This document shows, piece by piece, positions 51,480 through 60,775 of a stretch of 60,775 nt of DNA. The notes under the pieces were generated by a model, which was given only the letters and a program-made list of their open reading frames with translations, was not told the DNA's origin and ran no database searches. Positions within the stretch are counted from its first letter, which is position 1. The number at the start of each line of letters is the position of its first letter. This stretch comes from an uncultured Desulfovibrionaceae bacterium (GTDB lineage Bacteria; Bacillota; Dethiobacteria; DTU022; UBA8154): the NCBI GenBank assembly GCA_964567295.1, contig CAZMLU010000005.1, positions 1 through 60,775 of the forward strand. The letters run 5' to 3'. A program made the translations under genes and the position numbers.

Positions 51480-52910
51480 ATGTCGTTACATTTCGAGTTG
51501 AAGGCAGAACAATCACAAAAACTGGTGATGACTCCTGAACTGCAGCAGGCCATCGGCCTTTTGCAGCTTTCCTCCCTGGAGCTAAATAGTTATGTTCAGG
51601 AAGAAATGATAAATAATCCTCTGTTAGAGCTGAATACGAAAGTGGATTGCCCTGAGGAAACTTCGCAAAATGAAAAAGTTGATTCTAAAGGCGAACCACT
51701 TGTTGATGAGAATGAAAGGACTGCACCTGACTCTCACTTTGAATTGGAGGAGTATCTTAGTGATGAAGAACCTTATCAGCATTCCTGGAGTTATCAAAAA
51801 AGCGGAAGTGATTTTTCCGCTGTAGAATATTTCATATCCTCTGAAACAAGTTTGCAGGAACATCTTCTCTTTCAGCTCCATACTTCTGTAATAAATAGCA
51901 CGACAGGCCTTCTGGGTGAATATATCATCGGAAGTCTTGACGAGAATGGATATTTCCGGGGGGAGATAGCAGATCATGCCCGTTCCCTGGGAGTAGAAGA
52001 AGATGAATTAATAAAGGTTCTGAAACTTGTCCAATCCTTTGAGCCACCTGGTATAGCAGCCAGGAATCTGCAAGAATGCTTGCTGCTCCAAATAAGCGAA
52101 CGCAGTAATGTCCCTACAGCTGTCGAGACCGTTATTAAAGAACATCTGACCGATGTTGCTGAAGGGGGATATCGCTTTATTGCACAGAAAATGGGGATTT
52201 GCCATAGTGAGATCCAGGTGGTGGTGGACTATATTTGTTCTTTAAATCCCAAACCCGGAGCATGTTATGGCAGTGGACAGGAAGTAAAATATATCGTTCC
52301 GGATATCATTGTGGAGAAAATTGAGGAAGATTACATTATAACTGTCAATGACAATATACCGCATTTGGTAATCAATCCTTTTTACCGGAACATGCTCCGG
52401 GGTAATGGAGACGAAGAAATACGTGGTTACATCAAAAAAAGACTGGGAAGTGCATTATGGCTAATCAGAAGCATAGAACAGAGGCGTACAACCCTTTACA
52501 ACGTTACCCGGCAGATTATAAATATTCAGCGTCCTTTTTTGGAAAAGGGTATTCATTTCCTAAAGCCCCTGACACTTCGAGAAGTTGCTGAAGAGGTGGG
52601 CATGCATGAATCTACCATTAGCCGTGTTACAGCTAATAAATACATGCAGACTCCCCGTGGACTTTTTTCCTTAAAATTTTTCTTTTGCGGGGGGCTAAGC
52701 GGCCAGAAAGGTAATGATAAGCATTCTGTCTTGAGTATCAAAACTCATTTGAAAGAGCTGATAGAAAAAGAAGATAGTAGTGCTCCTTATAGTGACAGGG
52801 AATTGGAGGATATTTTCAAGAGTTTGGGGATTGATGTTTCCAGGCGAACCATAACTAAATATCGTAAGGAATTAAATATACAGGCTTCTTACAAGCGCAG
52901 GCGCCATTGA
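51480..52910 (+). CDS. rpoN: RNA polymerase sigma-54 factor
   Basis: MTPELQQAI-LLQL, MHESTISRV, RpoN box SRRTITKYR. Confidence 0.96.
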   Translation: MSLHFELKAEQSQKLVMTPELQQAIGLLQLSSLELNSYVQEEMINNPLLELNTKVDCPEETSQNEKVDSKGEPLVDENERTAPDSHFELEEYLSDEEPYQHSWSYQKSGSDFSAVEYFISSETSLQEHLLFQLHTSVINSTTGLLGEYIIGSLDENGYFRGEIADHARSLGVEEDELIKVLKLVQSFEPPGIAARNLQECLLLQISERSNVPTAVETVIKEHLTDVAEGGYRFIAQKMGICHSEIQVVVDYICSLNPKPGACYGSGQEVKYIVPDIIVEKIEEDYIITVNDNIPHLVINPFYRNMLRGNGDEEIRGYIKKRLGSALWLIRSIEQRRTTLYNVTRQIINIQRPFLEKGIHFLKPLTLREVAEEVGMHESTISRVTANKYMQTPRGLFSLKFFFCGGLSGQKGNDKHSVLSIKTHLKELIEKEDSSAPYSDRELEDIFKSLGIDVSRRTITKYRKELNIQASYKRRRH

Positions 52911-52953
52911 TAAGATAGCTGCAGATATGCTGTAAGCTGAGAAAAAGAAAAAA

Positions 52954-52989
52954 CGGGTCAAAAAAAATCCATGTGGGACTTTTTTTGAC
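52954..52989 (+). promoter_or_regulatory. Candidate CggR operator
   Basis: CGGGTC-N6-AATC-N4-TGGGAC-N6-TGAC has the spacing of the CggR tandem site CGGGAC-N6-TGTC-N4-CGGGAC-N6-TGTC; upstream of cggR. Confidence 0.6.
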
Positions 52990-53140
52990 CCGTTTTTCAT
53001 AGTATAATAGGCATAAGAAGATTGCAGCCATCTAAAACATAAATATCCGTAATTATATTGATAATTGTGCAGAATAGAAGATATGTAAATTGCTGTTTTA
53101 TTATACTTTATCATATTCGTTCTGATAAGGGAGAGGGGGT

Positions 53141-54193
53141 ATGTTCTTGACAGCACAAAAGCCCGGGCACGAATACTTAGCGCTGCTGGCGCCGGAGTTC
53201 CCCAAGATCATTGTAAATCGTTATCGTCTTTTACGAAAAATATATTATTCAGCTCCTCTCGGACGCCGCACTCTGGCTTCTTACTTTCAAGTGGGCGAAA
53301 GGGTAATGCGCAAAGAGATAGAAGTTTTAAGAGAGCAAGGCCTGCTTGCCGTTGATAAAAGAGGTCTTCTGCTCACATCTACCGGAGAAAACCTCGTTAC
53401 AGTTTTTCCTTCCTATCTGAAATATTTCTTGGGCATTACCATTTTGGAAGAAAAAATATTGCATTTATTGAAAGTAAAACGGGTAATAGTGGTGCCAGGC
53501 GACCTGGAAAAAGACGAATTTGTTCTCCCGGAGATGGGGCGTGCTGCAGCCAAAATATTGCGGGAGTGCCTGGAGCAGGATATGGTCTTGGCTGTTTCAG
53601 GAGGAACATCATGTGCGGCTGTTGCTGAAATGTTTCCTTTCCTTCCAGCTCCCCAGGGGATTACCGTAGTGCCCGCCAGAGGTGGACTGGGAGAAGAAGT
53701 AGATTATCAGGCCAATACTATTGCAGCTCGTGTGGCCACAAAACTTAAGGCAAATTATCGTCTTCTCCACCTGCCAGATTCACTTAGCCAGGAAGCACTG
53801 GAGATGCTGCTGCAAGACAAAAAAACAAGAGAGCTTGTAGAGCTTATTAATTCTGCCGGGGTTTTGGTCCATGGCATAGGAACCGCTGAAGATATGGCTG
53901 CTCGCAGGGGAGCAGCCCCCGGTGAAATAGAAAGACTGCAAAGCAAAGGAGCCGTGGGAGAGGTGTTCGGTCTTTTTTTTAACAGTCGGGGAGAAATTTT
54001 AGAGCGTATACCCAGCCTGGGGTTTAACCTGGAAAAACTCGGCGATAAAGTTCATAACATTATTGTGGTGGCGGGGGGAAGGAAAAAAGCGAAAGCTATT
54101 GTGGCCGTAGTAGGCAATCATCCCCGTGACCTCCTGGTTTTGGATGAGGGAGCAGCTGCCCGGATTATAGAGTTATATGATGATGGATCTTAA
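53141..54193 (+). CDS. cggR: Central glycolytic genes regulator (SorC family)
   Basis: PLGRRTLA...ERVMRKE wHTH, AVSGGTS, ARGGLGE, AGGRKKA; first gene of the gap operon. Confidence 0.92.
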   Translation: MFLTAQKPGHEYLALLAPEFPKIIVNRYRLLRKIYYSAPLGRRTLASYFQVGERVMRKEIEVLREQGLLAVDKRGLLLTSTGENLVTVFPSYLKYFLGITILEEKILHLLKVKRVIVVPGDLEKDEFVLPEMGRAAAKILRECLEQDMVLAVSGGTSCAAVAEMFPFLPAPQGITVVPARGGLGEEVDYQANTIAARVATKLKANYRLLHLPDSLSQEALEMLLQDKKTRELVELINSAGVLVHGIGTAEDMAARRGAAPGEIERLQSKGAVGEVFGLFFNSRGEILERIPSLGFNLEKLGDKVHNIIVVAGGRKKAKAIVAVVGNHPRDLLVLDEGAAARIIELYDDGS

Positions 54194-54277
54194 AAAAGGC
54201 TGAGACTTCCTTCTAAAAATGGAAGGTTGGGCAGTATACATTAAAGAATCAAGTACTATCTTAAGGAGGCGGAGATT

Positions 54278-55285
54278 ATGTCCGTTAAAGTGGGGATTAA
54301 CGGTTTTGGCAGGGTAGCGAAATCCTGCCTGAGGGCTTCTTTTTCGCACCCCGGAGTTGATGTTGTCGCCATAAACAGTGTGCGTGATCCTGAACTCCTG
54401 GCACATTTATTGAAGTATGATAGCGTTTACGGGACTTTCGAGAGGGAAGTCAAGGCCGAGGGCAAGAACCTGGTAGTGGACGGTAAAAAAGTGGCCATTC
54501 TCTCAGAAAGGGATCCTTCCAAGCTAGACTGGAAAAGGACAAGTGCCGAGATCGTTCTGGAGGCCACCGGTGCCTTTAACAGTAAGGAGGAGGCGGCCGC
54601 ACATTTCCAGGGCGGAGCCAAAAAAGTGATTATTACCGCTCCTGGAAAAGGGGTCGATCTGACAGTTGTCATGGGAGTAAATGAAAAGGACTATGACCCC
54701 GCTCAACACTCTATAATCTCTAATGCTTCCTGTACCACCAATTGCCTGGCCGTAGCAGTGAGAGTACTGCAGGAAAAATTTGGCATAAAACGGGCTCTTA
54801 TGACTACAGTGCACTCCTATACTAACGACCAGAACTTGCTTGATGCTAGCCATAAAGATATGCGAAGGGCCAGGGCCGCCGGTGTTTCCATGATACCTAC
54901 AACCACAGGTGCTGCAAGAAATGTAGGGCTGGTGATGCCCGAGCTGGAAGGGAAAATTAACGGAACTGCTATCAGGATTCCTACTTTTGCCGTTTCCGTA
55001 GTGGATCTTGTTGCAGAGTTGGAGGACATGGCTTCCACGAAAGAGGTGAATAATGCTTTTTTAGAAGCTTCCAGTGGATACCTGAAGGATTTCTTGGATG
55101 TATCCTTTGAGCCGTTGGTTTCCATTGACTATAAAGGTAGTCCGTTTTCGGGGGTTGTCGATGCACTTTCCACTATGTTGGTTGGTGACAAAATGGTTAA
55201 GGTGTTGGCCTGGTACGATAACGAATGGGGATATTCGCTCCGGGTTTTAGATCTGGCTGCCTATATGGGCGCCCAGGGTTTATAA
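54278..55285 (+). CDS. gap: Type I glyceraldehyde-3-phosphate dehydrogenase
   Basis: GINGFGR, SNASCTTNCL, WYDNEWGY. Confidence 0.97.
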   Translation: MSVKVGINGFGRVAKSCLRASFSHPGVDVVAINSVRDPELLAHLLKYDSVYGTFEREVKAEGKNLVVDGKKVAILSERDPSKLDWKRTSAEIVLEATGAFNSKEEAAAHFQGGAKKVIITAPGKGVDLTVVMGVNEKDYDPAQHSIISNASCTTNCLAVAVRVLQEKFGIKRALMTTVHSYTNDQNLLDASHKDMRRARAAGVSMIPTTTGAARNVGLVMPELEGKINGTAIRIPTFAVSVVDLVAELEDMASTKEVNNAFLEASSGYLKDFLDVSFEPLVSIDYKGSPFSGVVDALSTMLVGDKMVKVLAWYDNEWGYSLRVLDLAAYMGAQGL

Positions 55286-55325
55286 ACATTAGGGCTTATA
55301 AAATATTGTTTAGGGGTGTGCTTTA

Positions 55326-56525
55326 ATGTCCAAGTTGACCGTAAGAGATTTACCCGTGGAGGGGAAAAAGGTTTTTGTGCGTGTTGATTTTAATGTTCCC
55401 TTATCGGAAGATGGCCTGGTATTAGATGATACCAGGATGCGTGCTTCTTTGCCCACCTTAAATTACCTGGTAGATAAAAATGCCAAGATTATTATTGCCT
55501 CTCACTTGGGAAGGCCTATGGGAAAAGTGGTAGAAGAATTAAAATTAGATCCCGTAGCCGAACGACTGTCGCAATTGCTGGGTAGAGATGTTTTAAAGGT
55601 AGATTCAGTGATAGGGGAAGAGGTAGAACAAGCAATTGCTAAGTTGCCTCCTGGTGGGATTCTCCTACTGGATAATATTCGTTTTGAACCGGGAGAAGAA
55701 AAAAATGAGCCGGAATTTGCCCGGAAACTTGCCCATCTGGCAGATTATTTTGTAAACGATGCTTTTGGCACTGCCCACCGGGCTCATGCTTCAACCTGTG
55801 GAATTGCAGAGTACATTCCGGCTGCTGCCGGTTTATTGATGGAGAAAGAAATTCTATACCTGGAGAAAAGCAAGGTGAATCCAGCCCGCCCCCTGGTTGC
55901 TATCCTTGGCGGCAGGAAGGTAGCCGATAAAATAGGTGTCATCCGTTTTTTCTTGCAGCAGGCCGATAATTTGTTGTTGGGAGGAGCCATGGCCAACACT
56001 TTTTTAAAAGCTAGTGGTATATCTATAGGCGAATCCCTTTATGAAGAAGATAAGCTGGAGATGGCCAGGGAAGTTATAAGAGAAAATGGGAAAAAGTACG
56101 CACGGATTATACTTCCAAAGGATGTGGTTATTGTCGAAAAGCTTGAGAGCGGTGCCAGGGGAAAAGAAGTCAATATTGATGAGATCCCGGAAGGATGGAG
56201 CGTGGTAGATATCGGCTCTAAAACGCTAAAAGCCTTCCAGGATGTCATCGCAGGGTCTGAAACGGTCATCTGGAATGGCCCCCTGGGAGCTTACGAGGTG
56301 CCTCCTTTCAATCGCGGAACGATAGGGGTCGCAAGGGCTGTAGCTAATTCAGGCGCCGAATCCATCACAGGCGGTGGAGATATCGTGGCGGCACTGGCGA
56401 GCGCAAACCTTACCGATAAAATAACGCATATTTCTACGGGCGGCGGGGCCGTTCTTAAATTCTGGGAAGGTAAGGAACTTCCCGGCCTAAATGTGTTACA
56501 GGAACGCAGCGTGAGTAGGAGTTAG
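55326..56525 (+). CDS. pgk: Phosphoglycerate kinase
   Basis: RVDFNVP, SHLGRP, NDAFGTAHR, STGGGA. Confidence 0.97.
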   Translation: MSKLTVRDLPVEGKKVFVRVDFNVPLSEDGLVLDDTRMRASLPTLNYLVDKNAKIIIASHLGRPMGKVVEELKLDPVAERLSQLLGRDVLKVDSVIGEEVEQAIAKLPPGGILLLDNIRFEPGEEKNEPEFARKLAHLADYFVNDAFGTAHRAHASTCGIAEYIPAAAGLLMEKEILYLEKSKVNPARPLVAILGGRKVADKIGVIRFFLQQADNLLLGGAMANTFLKASGISIGESLYEEDKLEMAREVIRENGKKYARIILPKDVVIVEKLESGARGKEVNIDEIPEGWSVVDIGSKTLKAFQDVIAGSETVIWNGPLGAYEVPPFNRGTIGVARAVANSGAESITGGGDIVAALASANLTDKITHISTGGGAVLKFWEGKELPGLNVLQERSVSRS

Positions 56526-56528
56526 ATC

Positions 56529-57326
56529 ATGACAAAGAGCAAAGAGAAACCCATTAGACAAAGTATTGTGATGGCCAACTGGAAAATGTATAAGACTGTG
56601 GCGGAAGCGGAAACATTTCTGTATAACGTCAAAGCAGAAGTAGTGGGAATAAAGGATGTGGAAATGGTTATATGCCCTCCCTTTACTGCCCTGGAAAGCC
56701 TTCACCGACTTATGGAGGAAAGTAATTTAATTCTTGGCGCCCAAAACATGCACTGGGGAAAAGAGGGAGCTTTTACCGGGGAGATCTCCCCTCTGATGCT
56801 TAAGGAAAGCGGTGTTACGTATGTAATTATCGGTCATTCCGAGAGACGCAATTACTTTGGCGAAAACAACGACATTGTTGCTCAAAAGGTGTTTGCTGCC
56901 GTAGAAGCAGGGTTGCTGCCTATTCTCTGTGTCGGTGAAGACAGAGAACAGCGTCGTGCCGGAGATACAGAAGAGGTGGTTAAAGAGCAACTCCTTATCG
57001 CCCTTGATGGGCTTAAGGCGAGCAGGGATACTCTGAAAAAAATAATAGTTGCTTACGAACCTGTATGGGCCATCGGAAGTGGAGCAGCCGCGTATCCTGA
57101 AGATGTTACTTCTGTGGCAGTCTTTATTCGTTCCTTACTGCAAGAAAAATGGGGAGAAATATCCCAGCAAATCCGAATTGCCTATGGGGGAAGTGTCAAG
57201 CCCGATAATATTTCGGATTTTACTTCCCGGGAAGATATCGATGGTGCCCTGGTAGGTGGCAGTAGTCTAAAAGAAACGGTTTTTGTGGAGCTGGTAGAAG
57301 CTGTTAGGGGAGAGAGGAGAGTTTGA
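56529..57326 (+). CDS. tpiA: Triosephosphate isomerase
   Basis: ANWKM, GHSERR, AYEPVWAIG, YGGSV. Confidence 0.97.
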   Translation: MTKSKEKPIRQSIVMANWKMYKTVAEAETFLYNVKAEVVGIKDVEMVICPPFTALESLHRLMEESNLILGAQNMHWGKEGAFTGEISPLMLKESGVTYVIIGHSERRNYFGENNDIVAQKVFAAVEAGLLPILCVGEDREQRRAGDTEEVVKEQLLIALDGLKASRDTLKKIIVAYEPVWAIGSGAAAYPEDVTSVAVFIRSLLQEKWGEISQQIRIAYGGSVKPDNISDFTSREDIDGALVGGSSLKETVFVELVEAVRGERRV

Positions 57327-57327
57327 C

Positions 57328-58872
57328 TTGTCCGCAGGGGGTAATGAAAATTTTTTGGTCCTGGTAATTCTTGATGGCTGGGGCCTTGGCGAAAAAGAAA
57401 CGGGGAATGCTATTTTTCAGGCGTATACTCCAAATATGGATTACTATCAGCGGAATTTCCCCTTTTCATTTCTTACTAACAGCGGAGAAGCTGTGGGGCT
57501 GCCACCGGGGCAGATGGGTAATTCAGAAGTGGGACATTTGAACCTGGGGGCTGGCAGAATCGTTTATCAGGAGATAATGCGTATCAGTAAGGCAATTGAG
57601 GATGGAAGTTTCTTCCATAATTCGGTTTTACTGGAAGCTGTTAAGCAGGCCAAGGAAAAAGGATCTGCGCTACATCTGATGGGGCTTTTATCTGATGGGG
57701 GAGTCCACAGCCACAATAATCATCTTTATGCCTTATTGAAATTGGCAGGAATGGTAGGCCTAGAAAAGGTATTTGTCCATGCTGTTTTGGACGGAAGAGA
57801 TACTCCTCCACGAGTGGCGAAAACCTACTTGCAGGAGCTGGAACATAAATTTTCCAGCCTGGGCACAGGTGTTTTAGCCAGTATCTCAGGCCGCTATTAT
57901 ACCATGGACCGCGACCATCGTTGGGAAAGAATTGAAAAGGCTTATCGTGCTTATGTTTATGGCGAAGGAGAAAAAGCTGCAACCGGAATAACTGCACTGG
58001 ATGCCGCTTACCGGAGAGGGGAAGATGATGAATTTGTGCTCCCTACAATTATAGTGGGGGAAAATGAAAACAACCCCCCTTTGGTAAAAGAAGAGGACTC
58101 CCTTATTTTTTTTAATTTCCGCGCTGATAGAGCAAGGCAGATCAGCCGGACCTTTCTGGTAGATGATTTTGAAGGCTTTGATAGGGGGGCAAGGTTTCCT
58201 TTTCCCTACTATGTATGTTTTACCCAGTATGACCAGGATCTACACGCCCCAGTAGCTTTTCCACCGGAATATCTGACTGATACCCTTGGGGAAGTAATTT
58301 CTAACCATGGATTACACCAGCTCCGAATTGCTGAGACAGAGAAGTACGCTCACGTGACTTATTTTTTTAGTGGTGGCAGGGAAGAGCCTTTTTCTGACGA
58401 AGAAAGAAAGCTAATACCTTCCTCTAAGGTTCCCACTTATGATCTGAAACCGGAGATGAGTGCGCCGGAAGTAACGGATGAAGTTCTAAAAGCTCTGGAT
58501 GAGGAGAAATATAGCCTGGTGGTCCTAAATTATGCTAATACTGATATGGTAGGACATACAGGCAACTTGGAGGCTGCGATGAAAGCAGCAGCAACCGTGG
58601 ATTATCAGCTGGGACGGGTGGTAGAAAAAGTGCTCGGTAAAAAAGGTTTTGTCCTGGTAACTTCTGATCACGGAAATGCAGAAAAGATGATGATGCCAGA
58701 TGGCTCTCCCCATACTGCTCATAATAATAACAATACCCCTTTTATAATTGTTTCCGAATCAGGTAACTTTAAGCTTGACGAAAAAGGGAAGCTTGCTGAT
58801 GTGGCCCCTACCATTCTGAAACTACTTTCTTTGCCAATTCCTCGGCAGATGGAGGGTAAAATATTGCTCTAA
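57328..58872 (+). CDS. gpmI: 2,3-bisphosphoglycerate-independent phosphoglycerate mutase
   Basis: ILDGWG, GNSEVGH, DGGVHSH, ETEKYAHVT, DHGNAE. Confidence 0.97.
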   Translation: MSAGGNENFLVLVILDGWGLGEKETGNAIFQAYTPNMDYYQRNFPFSFLTNSGEAVGLPPGQMGNSEVGHLNLGAGRIVYQEIMRISKAIEDGSFFHNSVLLEAVKQAKEKGSALHLMGLLSDGGVHSHNNHLYALLKLAGMVGLEKVFVHAVLDGRDTPPRVAKTYLQELEHKFSSLGTGVLASISGRYYTMDRDHRWERIEKAYRAYVYGEGEKAATGITALDAAYRRGEDDEFVLPTIIVGENENNPPLVKEEDSLIFFNFRADRARQISRTFLVDDFEGFDRGARFPFPYYVCFTQYDQDLHAPVAFPPEYLTDTLGEVISNHGLHQLRIAETEKYAHVTYFFSGGREEPFSDEERKLIPSSKVPTYDLKPEMSAPEVTDEVLKALDEEKYSLVVLNYANTDMVGHTGNLEAAMKAAATVDYQLGRVVEKVLGKKGFVLVTSDHGNAEKMMMPDGSPHTAHNNNNTPFIIVSESGNFKLDEKGKLADVAPTILKLLSLPIPRQMEGKILL

Positions 58873-58968
58873 TCTTCGGAAGTCACGGTTCAGTGCTTTA
58901 AAAAAGATAGCTGAAAGAAGGCAAAAAATAATTTGTCATACAGATAAAAATTTGAAAGAGGTGAGTGA

Positions 58969-60249
<1,281 letters not shown>

Positions 60250-60254
60250 ATAGC

Positions 60255-60283
60255 TTGTCAGTATCTTTATCTTGTGGTAAAAT
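60255..60283 (+). promoter_or_regulatory. Sigma-A promoter of secG
   Basis: TTGTCA-17 bp-TAAAAT with TG extension. Confidence 0.6.
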
Positions 60284-60319
60284 AACCGTGGTTAAGGCTG
60301 AGTATAGGAAGGAGAGTGT

Positions 60320-60556
60320 TTGGGGTTGCATATGGCATTGAATATTTTGCACTTGATTGTATGCCTGTCTCTTATAGCTTCAGTATTGCTTCAGTCCGGG
60401 CGAAGTGCCGGGCTGTCTGGTGCCATAGCAGGTGGAGCACAAACCCTTTTGGGGAAGAAAAAAGGGATAGACGATCTTTTGGGACGTGTTTCCACCGGTC
60501 TGGCCATTGCTTTTATGATGCTGTCCATTACCTTGACTATTATTGTAGGAAGGTAG
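60320..60556 (+). CDS. secG: Preprotein translocase subunit SecG
   Basis: VLLQSGRSAGLSGAIAGGA; two TMs; position after eno. Confidence 0.93.
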   Translation: MGLHMALNILHLIVCLSLIASVLLQSGRSAGLSGAIAGGAQTLLGKKKGIDDLLGRVSTGLAIAFMMLSITLTIIVGR

Positions 60557-60705
60557 TTAAAATAATTCTGGAGGGAGGGATCTGTTCAGCTACTTAGGTA
60601 GGAGCCGAAGTACAGAGGGCAGTAATTAATAGTGTACAGTTGTGTTTGTATTGACCGTTTTCTGGCAGTAGAAAAAGAAGAACTTTATAAAGGAGGAGGT
60701 AAAAA

Positions 60706-60775
60706 GTGGAATTCATAGCTCCTATAGCAGGGATTATAGGTATTATTTTTGCGATCATTCTTTGGGTCCAGGTTA
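60706..60775 (+). CDS. Start of a membrane protein, truncated; possibly a membrane pyrophosphatase (HppA-like)
   Basis: AGGAGGAGG SD, GTG start, MEFIAPIAGIIGIIFAIILWVQV. The product guess rests on N-terminal resemblance only. Confidence 0.45.
   Translation, partial: MEFIAPIAGIIGIIFAIILWVQV

Noticed and set aside
60316-60597. 93-aa ORF overlapping secG
   Set aside because: Alternative frame; the 60320 frame carries the SecG motif.
60570-60700. Possible structured RNA or riboswitch between secG and the next gene
   Set aside because: Only a weak bulged stem (CTGT...ACAG) is seen and no family is recognised; an Rfam cmscan would be needed.

Overview
Core-chromosome segment of a Gram-positive bacterium (Bacillota; Clostridia-like by gene order and proteins, an inference). 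It opens with the 3' end of a class C-like group II intron whose RT ORF is frameshifted. A short accessory stretch follows (membrane hydrolase, CoA-transferase-GNAT fusion, DUF3786, GT2, hspR-like/hsp20). Conserved Firmicute blocks then run to the end: guaB-yaaO-tmk-holB-ricT-rsmI-abrB-metG-tatD-csp-hpf; secA-prfB (+1 frameshift); split transketolase; ilvC; ftsEX-M23-S41-minJ-uvrBAC; cls; cof-PHP-thiL-rapZ-whiA-rpoN; cggR-gap-pgk-tpi-gpmI-eno-secG. The best candidate for an undescribed system lies between hpf and secA (18842-23246): a CofC-like protein, a HisD paralog with altered Zn ligands, a HisB paralog with altered metal and phosphate motifs, and a HAD phosphatase. Other notable signals: a 48-nt hairpin between the Shine-Dalgarno and start of ilvC, an NADP-type GAPDH signature in the CggR operon, a much enlarged SecA PPXD, and sigma-H-type promoters including one before rpoN. 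Family assignments rest on motifs recalled from memory; no database search was run.
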